Source: Mustelus asterias
Taxonomy: Eukaryota
Length of the DNA stretch: 64,000 nucleotides
Direction: 5' to 3'
NCBI RefSeq assembly: GCF_964213995.1
Contig: NW_027590151.1
Location: 930,001 to 994,000 of the forward strand
Below are positions 46,205 to 59,949 of this stretch, piece by piece. Numbering within the stretch: the stretch's first letter is position 1; each line of letters starts with the position of its first letter. The notes under the pieces were generated by a model, which worked only from the letters and a program-made list of their open reading frames with translations, did no database searches and was not told the DNA's origin. A program made the position numbers and the translations under genes.

Positions 46205-49070
46205 CATAGAGGTTTACAGCATGGAAACAGACCCTTCGGCCCAACTTGTCCATGCCACCCTTTTTTTAAAACCCCTGAGCTCGTCCCAATTGTCCACATT
46301 TCGTCCATATTCCTCTATACCCATTTTACTCATGTAACTGTCTAAATGCTTTTTAAAATACAAAATTGTACCCCCCTCTACTACTACCTCTGGCGGCTGG
46401 TTCCAGACACTCACCACCCTCTGCGCAAAACAATTGCCCCTCTGGACACTTTTCTAACTCTCCCCTCTCACCTTAAACCTATGCCCTCGAGTTTTAGACT
46501 CCCCTACCTTTGGGAAAAGATATTGACTATCTAGCTGACCTATGCCCCTCATTATTTTATAGACCTCTATAACATCAACCTCAGCCTCCAAAGCTCCAGA
46601 GGAAAAATGCCCCAGTCTATCCAGCCTCTCCTTATAACTCAAACGATCAAGTCTGGTAGCATCCTAGTAAATCTCTTCTGCACTCTTTCTAGATTAATAA
46701 TATCCTTTCTATAATAGGGTGACCAGAACTGTACATAGTATTCCAAGTGTGGCCTTACCAATGTCTTGTACAACTTCAACAAGATGTCCCAACTCCTGTA
46801 TTCAATGTTCTGACCAATGAAACCAAGCATGCCGAATGCCTTATTCTCCACTCTGTCCACCTGTGACTCCACTTTCAAGGAGCTATGAACATGTACCCTT
46901 AGATCTCTTTGTGCTATAACTCTCCCCAACACCTACCATTAACTGAGTAAGTCAGACATAGAACATAGAACAGGCCCTTCGGCCCACGATGTTGTGCCGA
47001 GCTTTATCTGAAACAAAGATCAAGCTATCCCACTCCCTATCATCCTGGTGTGCTCCATGTGCCCGCTTAAATGTTCCTAAAGTGTCTGACTCCACTATCA
47101 CTGCAGGCAGTCCATTCCACACCCCAACCATTCTCTGCGTAAAGAACCTACCTCTGATATCCTTCCTATATATCCCACCATGAACCCTATAGTTATGCCC
47201 CCTTGTCATACCTCCATCCACCCGAGGAAATAGTTTTTGAACCTTCACTCTATCTGTCCCCTTCATCATTTTATAAACCTCTATAAAGTCTCCCCTCAAT
47301 CTCCTCCGCTCCAGAGAGAACAGCCCAAGCTCCCTCGACCTTTCCTCAGAAGACTTACCCTTCAAACCAGGCAGCATCCTGGTAAATCTCCTCTGCACTC
47401 TTTCCAGCGCTTCCACATCCTTCTTATAGTGAGGAGACCAGAACTGCACACAATATTCCAAATGTGGTCTCACCAAGGTCCTGTACAGTTGCAGCATAAC
47501 CCCACGGCTCTTAAACTCCAACCCCCTGTTAATAAAAGCTAACACACTATAGGCCTTCTTCACAGCTCTATCCATTTGAGTGGCAACGTTCAGAGATCTG
47601 TGGATATGGACCCCAAGATCTCTCTGTTCCTCCACAGTCTTCAGAACCCTACCGTTGACCCTGTAATCCACATTTAAATTTGTCCTACCAAAATGAATCA
47701 TCTCACATTTAAGAGCCATAAGACATAGGAGCGGAAGTAAGGCCATTCGGCCCATCGAGTCCACTCCACCATTCAATCATGGTTGATTTCAACTCCATTT
47801 ACCCGCTCTCTCCCCATAGCCCTTAATTCCTCGAGAAATCAAGAATTTATCAATTTCTGTCTTGAAGACGCTCAACGTCTCGGCCTCCACAGCCCTCTGT
47901 GGCAATGAATTCCACAGACCCACCACTCTCTGGCTGAAGAAATTTCTCCTCATCTCTGTTCTAAAGTGACTCCCTTTTATTCTAAGGCTGTGCCCCCGCG
48001 TCCTAGTCTCCCCTGTTAATGGAAACAACTTCCCTACGTCCATCCTATCTAAGCCGTTCATTACCTTGTAAGTTTCTATCAGATCTCCCCTCAACCTCCT
48101 AAACTCCAATGAATATAATCCCACGATCCTCAGACGTTCATCGTATGTCAGGCCTACCATTCCTGGGATCATCCGTGTGAATCTCCGCTGGACCCGCTCC
48201 AGTGCCAGTATGTCCTTCCTGAGGTGTGGGGCCCAAAATTGCTCACAGTACTCCAAATGGGGCCTAACCAGTGCTTTATAAAGCCTCAGAAGTACATCCC
48301 TGCTTTTGTATTCCAAGCCTCTTGAGATAAATGACAACATTACATTTGCTTTCTTAATTACGGACTCAACCTGCAAGTTTACCTTTAGAGAATCCTGGAC
48401 TAGGACTCCCAAGTCCCTTTGCACTTTAGCATTATGAATTTTGTCACCGTTTAGAAAATAGTCCATGCCTCTATTCTTTTTTCCAAAGTGTACGACCTCG
48501 CACTTGCCCACGTTGAATTTCATCAGCCACTTCTTGGACCACTCTCCTAAACTGTCTAAATCTTTCTGCAGCCTCCCCACCTCCTCAATACTACCTGCCC
48601 CTCCACCTATCTTTGTATCATCGGCAAACTTGGCCAGAATGCTCCCAGTCCCGTCATCTAGATCGTTAATATATAACGAGAACAGCTGTGGCCCCAACAC
48701 TGAACCCTGCGGGACACCATTTATCAGGGTTAAACTCCATCTGCCATTTTTCAGCCCAGCTTTGCATCCTATCTATGTCTCTTTGCAGCCTACAACAGCC
48801 CTCCACCTCATCCAATACTCCACCAATCTTGGTGTCTTCAGCAAATTTACTGATCCACCCTTCAGCCCCCTCCTCTCGGTCATTAATAAAAATCACAAAT
48901 AGCAGAGGACCAAGCACTGATCCCTGTGGCACTCCGCTCGCAACCTGCCTCCAGTCCTAAAATTTTCCATTCACCACCACCCTCTGTCTTCGATCAGACA
49001 GCCAGATACCTATCCAATCGGCCAACTTTCCCTCTATCCCAACCCCCTTACTTTCATCATAAGCTGACCA
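46205..49070 (-). mobile_element. Stack of four abutting CR1 fragments from different subfamilies (about 46205-46950, 46955-47710, 47715-48720, 48720-49070)
   Basis: Repeated LVRPHLEY..RGD..E.YK C-termini and separate 3' tails; the last piece has FAEDTK and PQGSVLGP. Confidence 0.88.
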
Positions 49071-49074
49071 TGGG

Positions 49075-49785
49075 GGACATGGGGGACTTCATCCCACCTG
49101 CGCAGACACAAAGTCACTCACACGAATGAGACACTGTTTAAATGATCTGACTGTGGGAGCGGATTCAAAAGCTCTCAGGACCTGGTGTCCCACCAGCGCA
49201 TTCACATTGAGGACAGACCGTTCAGCTGCTCTCACTGCACAAAGAGGTTTAAAAGGTCATCCAGCCTGTGGGAACATCAGCGAGTTCACACTGGGGAGAG
49301 ACCATTCCCCTGCTCTGTGTGTGGGAAGGGATTCACTCAGTCATCCAGCCTGCAGAAACACAAAGCCACTCACTCCAAGGAGAGACCCTTTAAATGCTCT
49401 TCTGAGAGCCCGGCTTCAGAAGCTCTCGGGAACTGATGATCCCCGAGCACATTCACACCGGGAGAGGCCGTTCAGCTGCTCTCACTGTTGAAGGAGGTTT
49501 AGAATATCATCAACACTGCTGAAACACCAGTGAGTTCACACCGGGGAGAAACCATTCACCTGCTCGGTGTGTGCGAAAGGATTTACTCGGTTATCCAGCC
49601 TGCCCAGACACAACATCATCACACCCAGGAGAGACCCTTTAAATGTGGGCGCGGCATCAAAAGCTCTCGGGAACTAATGTCCCACCAGTGAGTTCACACC
49701 AGGCAGAGGCTGGTCACCTGCTCTGACTGGGAAGGGATTCACTCAGTCAGCAAACTTGATGAAACACCAGTGAGTTCACAAGTGA
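49075..49785 (+). pseudogene. C2H2 zinc-finger pseudogene
   Basis: [31 protein letters not shown].. with stops and frameshifts; ends gttcacaagtga like the 5017 gene. Confidence 0.82.
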
Positions 49786-49879
49786 TTACAGTTCTGGGAT
49801 TATTCTTGTGAATCTTTCTTGCCCCTTCCCCAGTGCCTCTGTTTCCTTTTTCTAAATGGAGATCACTAATAGAACATTT

Positions 49880-50054
49880 GGGTGGCACGGTAGCACAGTG
49901 GTTAGCACTGCTGCTTCACAGCTCCAGGGACCTTGGTTTGATCCCGGCTCGGGTCACTGTCTGTGTGGAGTTTCCACATTCTCCTCGTGCCTGTGTGGGT
50001 TTCCTCCGGGTGCTCCGGTTTCCTCCCACAGTCCAAAGATGTGCGGGTTAGGTT
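49880..50054 (+). mobile_element. HE1-like SINE, 5' half
   Basis: ggcacggtagcacagtggttagcactgctg..cagtccaaagatgtgcgggttagg. Confidence 0.85.
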
Positions 50055-52675
50055 GAATAGTAGAGGGAGAAAGACACTAGTAGGTGTGGTATATAGGCCC
50101 CCAAATAATAATGTTGAGGTAGGGAGGGCTATAAACAAGCAGATAAGGGATGCGTGTAAAAACGGAAGGGCAATAATCATGGAGGACTTCAACATACACA
50201 TTGACTGGCAGACTCAAGTCGGTAAGGGTGGAATGGAGGAAGAGTTCTTAGAATGCTGTCGGGATAGTTTCCTTGAACAGCATGTTACGGAACCGACGAG
50301 GGAACGAGCTATTTTGGATCTGGTATTGTGTAACGAGGTAGGTAGAATTAAGGATCTTATTGTGAAGGACCCTCTTGGGTCTAGTGACCACAATATGGTC
50401 GAATTTCTGATTCAGATGGAAGAGGAGAAAGTTTGGTCCCAAACCAGTGTCCTCTGTTTGAACAGAGGGAAATATGATAGGATGAGGGATGAATTGGCTA
50501 CGGTAGACTGGGAGAGCAGGCTGGCAGGTAGGATACCTGAGGAACAGTGGAGGATTTTTATGGAGATCCTTTTCAGTTCTCAGCAAAAATATATTCCAGC
50601 AAAAAACAAGGATTGTAAGAAAAGGGAGAACCAGCCGTGGATAACGAAGGAAATAAAGGAGAGTATTAAAATAAAAACAGCTGCGTACAGAGTGGCCAAA
50701 AATAGTGGAGAAACAAGTGATTGGGAAAAATTTAAGAAACAACAAAGAGAGACTAAGAAAGCGATAAAAAAGGAAGGATAGACTATGAAGCTAGGCTAGC
50801 AATTAATATAAAAAATGATAGTAAAAGTTTTTATAAATATATAAAAAGGAATAGAGTGGCTAGAGTGAATGTTGGACCCTTGGAGGACGAGAGGGGGGAG
50901 TTAATAGTGGGAAATGAGGATATGGCTGAGTCTTTAAATAAGTTTTTTGTGTCGGTCTTCACGGTGGAGGACACAAATAGTTTGCCAAATATTAAGGATA
51001 GAGGGTTGGCAGCAGGAGAAATACTTAATACAATTAATGTTACCAGAGAGGCAGTGCTGGGTAGACGAATGGGACTGAAGGTGGACAAGTCCCCGGGTCC
51101 GGATGGAATGCATCCCAGGGTATTGAAAGAAATGTCAGAGGTAATAGTGGATGCGTTAGTGATTATTTATCAAAACTCGTTGCATTCTGGGGTAGTGCCG
51201 GTTGATTGGAAAACAGCTAATGTTACGCCGCTGTTTAAAAAAGAGGGGGAGACAAAAGGCGGGTAACTATAGGCCGGTGAGCTTAACGTCTGTAGTAGGG
51301 AAAATGCTGGAATCCATTATTAAAGAGGAGATAGCAGGGCCTCTGGATAGAAATGGTTCGATCAATCAGACGCAGCATGGATTCATGAGGGGAAAGTCGT
51401 GCTTGACGAACATGTTGGATTTTTATGAAGATGTGACTAGGGCGGTTGATGGAGGAGAACCGGTGGATGCGGTGTTTTTAGATTTCCAAAAGGCGTTTGA
51501 TAAGGTGCCCCATAAAAGACTGCTGAAGAAGATTAGGGCACACGGAGTTGGGGGTAGTGTGTTAAAGTGGATTGGGGACTGGCTATCCGACAGGAAGCAA
51601 AGAGTCGGAATAAATGAGTGTTTTTCCGGTTGGAGGAAGGTAACTAGTGGCGTGCCGCAGGGATCGGTACTCGGGCCGCAACTATTTAGCATTTATATAG
51701 ATGATCTGGAGGAGGGGACGGAGTGTAGGGTAACGAAGTTTGCAGACGACACAAAGATAAGTGGAAAAGTGAATCGTGTGGAGGACGGAGAAGATCTGCA
51801 GAGAGGTTTGGACAGGCTGAGTGAGTGGGCGAGGATATGGCAAATGGAGTATAACGTTGATAAATGCGAGGTTATACACTTTGGAGGAAATAATAACAAA
51901 TGGGATTACGATCTCAATGGAAAGAAATTAAAACATGCTACCGTGAAAAGGGACCTGGGGGTCCTTGTGCATGAGACGCAAAAGCCCAGTCTGCAGGTAC
52001 AACAGGTGATCAAGAAGGCAAATGGGATGTTGGCCTATATCGCGAGGGGGATAGAATATAAAAGCAGGGATGTCTTGATGCACCTGTACAAGGCATTGGT
52101 GAGGCCGCAGCTGGAATACTGTGTGCAGTATTGGTCCCCTGATATGAGGAAGGATATATTGGCATTGGAGGGAGAGCAGAGAAGTTTCACCAGGTTGATA
52201 CCGGAGATGAGGGGTTTGGATTATGAGGAGAGGCTGAGGAGATTGGGTTTGTACTCATTGGAGTTTAGAAGGATGAGGGGGGATCTTATGGAGACTTATA
52301 AGATAATGCGGGGGCTGGATAGGGTGGAGGCGGAGAGATTCTTTCCACTTAGTAAGGAAGTTAAAACTAGAGGACACAGCCTCAAAATAAAGGGGGGTCG
52401 GTTTAAGACAGAGTTGAGGAGGAACTTCTTCTCCCAGAGGGTGGTGAATCTCTGGAATTCTCTGCCCACTGAGGTGGTGGAGGCTACCTCGCTGAATATG
52501 TTTAAAGCGCGGATGGATGGATTCCTGATCGGTAAGGGAATTAAGGGTTATGGGGATCAGGCGGATAAGTGGTACTGATCCACGTCAGATCAGCCATGAT
52601 CTTATTGAATGGCGGGGCAGGCTCGAGGGGCTAGATGGCCTACTCCTGCTCCTATTTCTTATGTTCTTATGTTCT
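50055..52675 (+). mobile_element. CR1 family B, 5'-truncated, frameshifted ORF2
   Basis: Reverse complement of about 21930-24550. Frameshifts near 50770 and 51245. TTCTTATG tail. Confidence 0.95.
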
Positions 52676-53834
52676 CAGTGAAACAGAGAATTACCGAAAT
52701 GATAAAAAAATGAATCATTTCAGTGGCAGAGAAATTGACGTGTTCACGTAAATCAATCGCATAAGATTGATGGACTGGTGGTAAAAATAAGTAAAGAACT
52801 ATTGGAACGTTAGGGGTTATCTGAAGATGGCTTGAAAATAACGCAATTAATGCAACACTTCAGTGAGATAAAACACTGCTTACAACTCACCGAGACAACT
52901 GTGTTCAGGTCTGAGCCCAATAACTCACGGATGATGTACTGGCCTTGGTTATTGTGCAATACACAATACAATACACAATGATATATGATCTGAATTGTGG
53001 GTATTGGTCTCGAGAAACTTACATTTCAGTTAGTATCACAGGTCAGGAAACGTTGAAATTCAGAAAAAGAAAATTAAATGATTTAATAATGAGATTTTAA
53101 AAATGTCCGGCAGAGCTACGATCAAGGAGGAGAAAAAATGATATTAGAGCTAGCACAATAAGGTGTAATTTAACAATGGAATTGGGTTTGCAAATGTTTC
53201 CAAGAATCTGGGATTCTCAAAGCAAAAGCCTGCTGATTATTTTGAAAAATTAAAAAATGCCAAAACCTGAATACGTTTGTGTTTGGAATGTAAAAGCAAA
53301 GACGGTATATGTAGTTTTGATAATGGTCATTCATTATGTATTTGGCAGGAATGGAATGAATCGTACCGAATATGAAAAAAGTTTCGACAGAGTGGAAGGC
53401 CGCTTCCCACACATGTATTTATCTATTCTACGGAATCAGCGAAAGTCTGTGGCTCATCACACCATTCCTGGGCTTCGACTCCTCATAAATTTAAAGCAGT
53501 TTTATTTAGGGTGGTCTGGACAGGACAGCAATCTCCCCTTCATATATATATGACCTGAGAATTCATGGATGGTTATTCTGGGGCAAACGTTGAATCGACA
53601 TTACACGCGGCATAGTTTCAACGACAATTCAACGGTGAATAAAATATCTGCTCCATGGAGATAAATGACACCCTTTAACTGAACATGAAATTTCAATTGC
53701 AGGAAATAAGAACGTTGTTTCATGTTCGCACACATCGGCTGCTGGAGTTGGGCATGGCGTTACCCATAACACAAAGGACAGGGGGAGATATTGCGTTGTG
53801 AAATGAGTCCGAAATCAGCAGAGGTTGATGGCTT

Positions 53835-56800
53835 TCATTTTTTCATTAATTTCACAATGAGACTCAGTGGATATTTTATCCCGTTTTTTAGCTCCTGTCT
53901 GAACTTCCTCTGGGTCACGCCATAAACAACGGTGTTGGTGCAAGAACTTAAAAGCTGAAGAGTATTCCCGGTTTCTTGTAAGATGAACTTTGGGTCATTA
54001 AAATTGGAGCCCGAAAAATAATTATTTTTTGTAACTCGAACATACAAGAAATTTACAACATACATTGTCCATAGCAACAAAAAACTGCCCGAGATACTGA
54101 AGAGTAAAACAATGGATTTTCTCCGGTTCTCCATCTCAGGGTCAATCGGATTTTCTCTATTGCTCTGGGTGCGGAGTCTTTTTCTGGCTCTATTGGCACC
54201 TAGGATGTGTCTAACGGTCAGAGCATTCAGCAGTAACAACAGGAGGAACGGAAGACAAGGGGTAGAAATTCGGTCAAACCAGTCATATATTGTCCACCCA
54301 AGAGAGGTATAAAATATATCTTTAATGTTACATAACCACGCAACATTGTCCACTATGAGCATCGGTTCATAAGTCAGATAAGAGGGGATGTTTTTTAAGC
54401 AGCTCAGGGCACAAACTGTTCCTATCACCCCCACCGCCATTCTCTCAGTGCAATATTTTGTTTTCAGTTTCGAGCAACAAATGGCCACAAATCTATCAAA
54501 GGTAAAAGCAACCGTTAACCAGACAGAACTGTCCGTGGCAGTGTAAATTAAGATAGAGGTCACAGTACAGGCTGGAGTGGTGGAAAGTCGACTAAATCTA
54601 AAATATATACCGGCAATCCTGTTCAATATCACAGCGGTGATAATGACCAGGAGATCTGTCACCGCCATGGATAACAGGTAACGAGTGATGCATCTGGATA
54701 GACCACACCTTCCTCTGGACAGGATCACAATGGTGACAATGTTAGCTGTAAGGCAGAGAAGAAGTATTCAGGGGAGTTACATATGGCTACTGTCAAAAGT
54801 TTGTTAACATAAAACACGGATGTTGCACAGCACGATGGCAAAGTTGTAGATTCTGATTCTGATGGACAAATTAGTCTATAAGGAGGTCGACATGGTTGAA
54901 AAAGCTTAACAGGAGCCATAGTTGTAAAGTGGTGTGGGTGATCTTCAGAACTGCATGCGGATCGGGGCACTGAAACCAAACCAGGACCTCCTCAATCAGT
55001 TTAATGAAAGACACCGGTGGCAGGACTCAATGTGTGTCAGCAATTCAATGATTCAGAAATTCTGCTTCAGGAAACGTGCTGGTTAGATACAGCCGTTAAT
55101 TATTTCTTTTCATATATCTGGTCATATCAAATTATTGTTCAAAAATCGTTGCATCAGAAACTTATTATCAGATTGTACCGACAAACAGATTGTCTGCAAA
55201 TCTCTCCATAGACTCGGGTGCATTGACGCCTGTCTGTGCACCAACTGTCTGGAATTCTATCCATAGACAGATTTTTTGCAGTTTACGAAATGTGAAACAC
55301 CAGAAAAATTATATCATTCGACACCTTGAGCCTGTTCAACCGTTCAACGACAACATGGCTGATTTGTTTGTGTTTCCAAATTCCACTTTCCAATCTACCT
55401 CCAAAAACCTTTGATTTTCTTTTCTAACAGTATATCAGCCTCTGCCTCAAAAAGGTCAAAGTCGCCATATCCACTGCCATCTCTTGCATCGAGTTCCAAA
55501 GTCATGCAACTGTCTAGAAGAAGAAGAAATAATCTCCACGTCTCTTGTCTTAACGTGGCTGCCCTTAATTTTGAAGCATTGCCGCCCCCAGTTCCAGACT
55601 CACCCAGAAGATGACATATGATTGCTGCATCCACCTCTTCAAGGCAGTTCAGGATTTCATATACGTCAATGGGTTCACCCCTCACTCTTCTAAACACCAG
55701 TGGACAATATCTCACACTGCCATAAGATAATACACTCATTCCAGATATCAAAGGAGCAGAGCTCCTCTGATGCATTCACATCCTTCATCAAAAGGAGACA
55801 CCAAATCTGTGCACATTATTCCAAATGTTGTCTCATTAATGCGCTGTATGATTGAACCATTACATCCATATTATTTATATATTAAATTGCGCTCGTAATG
55901 AAGGATAGCATTTCATTGTAATTAAATCAGTCCCTGTACATTTCGAATGAAATTTCATGACTCCTGTCATTGTTTTAGATAGTCAAATCACCCAGAATTC
56001 CTCAGAGCGCTTTTCTTGCCACATTTTGAGATGGGTTTACTTCGCCACGCCATTCACCCCCTTGATCTTTATTTAAGCAGCACAGACTGACTTTCTTTCA
56101 ATCCTATTCAGGTCCACCATTTCAATTCATGCTTTATGGCATTCAGGGATTCAAACCAAGAAACCTTTTTATCTTTATTTCATGAAGTATCGCGAATTGC
56201 CAGTAATTCAAGGTTATAAGTACCCCTCTGGGGTTTTCATCCAGTTCCCATCCGATCAGGCTCTACCTTTCCGAAAAAGTGAAGTGGTATTGAAAATAAT
56301 TGGCAAGGGGAGAAATTGAAGGGAAACACTGTTTTGACAGATTTTATTTTGTGGGACATGAGCGTCGCTGGTTGGGCAGCATGCATTGGCCATGTCAAAG
56401 GCAACTAGGGATGGGAACAAAGGCTGGCCAGTTATCGACACCCATGTCTCACGAATGAATACAAAAAAGGATTTTGCTCCAATCTCTCCACTTGCTGTAT
56501 ATTTAAATACCAATTCACCTGTTTCTATCTGAAACTTACTGTTCTCTCCTCAACAAGCGGCTCACCAGCAAGACTTCACAATCCCACCTAATGACCTTCA
56601 ATCAAATTTTATTGAAATAAGGGCACTAGTGAAAGAAATCTGAAAACTTCATAAACCAAAGATTTGGACGATTCTGACACTTGGTACAGGACACAATCTC
56701 TTTGGACAACCAGTTGTTGTAATAACTTACCCAGGACACCAACAGCAGCAAGAATCGGATAGTAAATAGCAAGCACTGGATTGTTTCCTGGGGCATGCAT
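53835..56800 (-). CDS. Class A GPCR, GPR139/GPR142-like, two exons (56731-56800 and 53835-54745), 326 aa
   Basis: MHAPGNNPVLAIYYPILAAVGVL|ANIVTIVILSRGRCGLS..AVTDLLV..TFDRFVAIC..LLLLLNALTV..SSCTNTVVY. GT-AG intron in phase; seven hydrophobic segments. Confidence 0.88.
55400..55900 (-). mobile_element. Old CR1 3' fragment inside the GPCR intron
   Basis: FRRVRGEPIDVYEILN. Confidence 0.6.
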
Positions 56801-58451
56801 TCTCGTTGAGAAATGATGTGCTGAAAACAGCAGCCCTAAATCGGCTGTGACTTATTATAATAATTCCATGCTTATATCGAATGATAACTCCCATGAGGCA
56901 ATGACATTTCACCTTCACAGCGTTAGTCACGGTTATCTAAACAAACATGTTATGACAGCCATGGCCAGGCTCATCATAGCTGCATAAGGATATATTTCAA
57001 TTGATGTTTTACTACTTTAGATTAAATAAAACTTTGTTAACATTATAAAAACGACAAGATATACACGGGACAATTTCACTGTATCACAGAGTCATGCACA
57101 TCGCACAGGTCCCCGGTTGAATCTCTGAGCAATGTGGTGTTGAAGAATGTCAAGGGGGAGATAATGATTAGAATAAGCACCAGTTAGGAAGCACATGTTT
57201 CGGATCCCGGTAACGAGAGGGAAATTTAGGCAGGATGCACCTTATTCTGTGATTCAGAGATCAGTGGTCACTAAGAGGATGTCACGTTGAGGTAGGAGAT
57301 ATATTGTTCTGTGGAAGGCAAGTCAGAGTCTGGCTGCTGACTACTGCCTTGCGACTCTAGATGGAGAGAGTGGCAGTGGAAGTGTAGGATGGACGCAGAT
57401 TTATGCTGAGATGGCTCATTGACAAAGACAGCAATGCAGTACACTATGCAGAGATAATTGTGGAAACCGAATGTCCAGCTTCTGAAGTCGTTCCATTAGC
57501 AAGGCTTACATTGTGGTGGAAAGGAAGGGAAAAACGTTGGCCTTGTACACTGAATCATTCCCGGCAGATTCTATTGAAGGTTTGGTCAATATTCTCTGTC
57601 AACTGAACACATATTTTACCTATAGACAGCCCCAACAATGCAAAACAAAATTGAGACAATCAAAGACAAAGCAACACATCTACATTCTTCAGCATTCAGT
57701 CTCCCCAACGTCGACACACAGTGGCAGTATCATGCTCCATTTACAAGAGACATTGCAGGAAGTTAACGTGCCTTGATGGACAGCACTTTCCAAAGTCAAT
57801 ATTCCTACTTATTCGAAGGGCAGCAGACGACTTGTGTAGTGAGTACCTGCAATGCACTGTCCAAGTCACGTAACATTGAGTTAAAAGTTTAGCTATTAGT
57901 CACAAGTAGGCGTACATTAGCACTGCAAAGAAATTACTTTCAAAATCCCCGAGTCGCCATACTCCGGCGACTGTTCTGGTACACTGAGATGGAGTTTAAA
58001 ATGCAGGAGACCCAGAGGGAAGTCTCAGAAAAATCCCTTAACATCACATATCACGTATTCACATATTTACAGGAAGAGGATGAATGGCATGTTTCATACT
58101 GCCAAGGAGGATTGCCCGACGAGCACACAATCTTAATCAGCTGGACTTAAATGTGTGCACAAATGAATGCTCTTCACAACTGCTAGCACCAAGGCATTAA
58201 CATTGACTGATAGGGAGCTCTTCGCATTTTCCGGCAAGTCATTTCTGAGGGCACACATGCCTTCTCCATAGTCAGTATTGAATATTTGCATGCCAAACAC
58301 CATTAAATGCTATCAAGTTGCCACCATTACTGGCGGGACTCAGGCACAGCACACTCCATGGGTTTACTATATAATAACAGTCGCTTCCACCTATGTTTTC
58401 CCAGAACCTTCCAAATTCTCTGTGCAATGGATTCCTCTTGATTCTGTGTTC

Positions 58452-58789
58452 ATAGAAATCATAGAAACCCTACAGTGCAGAAGTAGGCCATTCGGCCCAT
58501 CGAGTCTGCACCGACCAGAATCCCACCCAGGCCCTACCCCCATATATTTTACCCGCTAATCCCTCCAACCTATGCATCTCAGGACTCTAAGGGGCAATTT
58601 TTAACCTGGCCAATCAACCTAACCTGCACATCTTTGGACTGTGGGAGGAAACCGGAGCACCCGGAGGAAACCCACGCAGACACGAGGAGAATGTGCAAAC
58701 TCCACACAGACAGTGACCCGAGCCGGGAATCGAACCCGAGACCCTGGAGCTGTGAAGCAGCAGTGCGAACCACTGTGCTACCGTGCCGC
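58452..58789 (-). mobile_element. HE1-like SINE, full length
   Basis: A/B-box head at 58789 and tttctatga repeat tail. Confidence 0.85.
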
Positions 58790-59349
58790 TGGCTTTAAAT
58801 CTACATTAGGAGCTGTGTTTGTTCGGTCATAAACAGGTGCGTACCCCTTCACATATTTAACCTTCCTGCACAGGCCTCACTGATGTGATACTCCTCCTGT
58901 ACCTCCCAACTTGAAAATCCTGGAATGCAGTCTGCTGAATATTTGGCTACTTGGGCTGTTTGATCTGCCATTGTCAATTCCGCAAATGATAAGGGCTTTG
59001 GTTGTAAAGATGTTCCCCCTCCTGCATGGATGGGGATGAACATACCCAATACTTTACCTGATCGGTAAACCTAACATATCTGTGTGCCAAATATAAGTGA
59101 GTATTCACATGTGCCTCCCGAGGGGAACGCTGCAGGGCCTAAGTCTCTGGTCCGACCTGAGCGAAAATCTCTACACTCATTACCAAAAAGATACAAACAC
59201 ATGTTTTCATAATGGTTTTTACAATTTTCTCCCTCTTTTCCTTTTGAAAAGTAAAATCCCAACCATTGCTCAATGTCAAGTAAGTAAAACCTTTTTAAAA
59301 ACTCCCATAATAAGATGTTACACTCTGTCACTTGCACTTGACTTTGAAT

Positions 59350-59660
59350 AATGGAATCCCTACAGTAAAAAAAGGAGCCATTCAGTCGATCGAGTCTGCA
59401 CCGACCACCTTATGGTCCTATGGCCGTAATTGCACACATTTACCCTGCTAATCCCTGACAAAAGGGTAAATTTAGCATGACCAATCAACCTAGCTCACAG
59501 ACCTCTGGACTGTGGGAGAAAACCAGAGACCCGGAGAAAACACACAGAAACGGGGAGAAGGTGCAAGCTCCACACAGACAGTGACGCAAGGCCGGAATCG
59601 AATCTGGATCCCTAGCGCTGTGAGACAGGAGTACTAATCACTGTGCCACCGTGCCGCCAC
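59350..59660 (-). mobile_element. HE1-like SINE
   Basis: Similar to the 58452 copy. Confidence 0.8.
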
Positions 59661-59949
59661 TTGCTTTGCTTCTGTGTTGGGAGGTGTCCAGTCGACCTTG
59701 CTTGTAGCTGTAGAAGCTCCAAAGTACTTCAGTGGCAGTTCTGTAAATGCAAACCACTCTGACTTAAGGCCTTTCAAGTTAGCAACTAGTTAATTTTGTT
59801 TTCTACTTCCTTTTCTACAGCTCCCCCGCTATTTGTGTCATGATCTGGCCTAATCTAACAACTTTTCTGCAAATACAGATAATTTTACGAACATTATCAA
59901 CATTAACAAATATAATTTTCAGGATTGCTCATTGGGATTTGCTTTTAGT

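Noticed and set aside
49963-50781. 272-aa novel protein
   Set aside because: It is an accidental fusion of SINE sequence to a truncated CR1 endonuclease.
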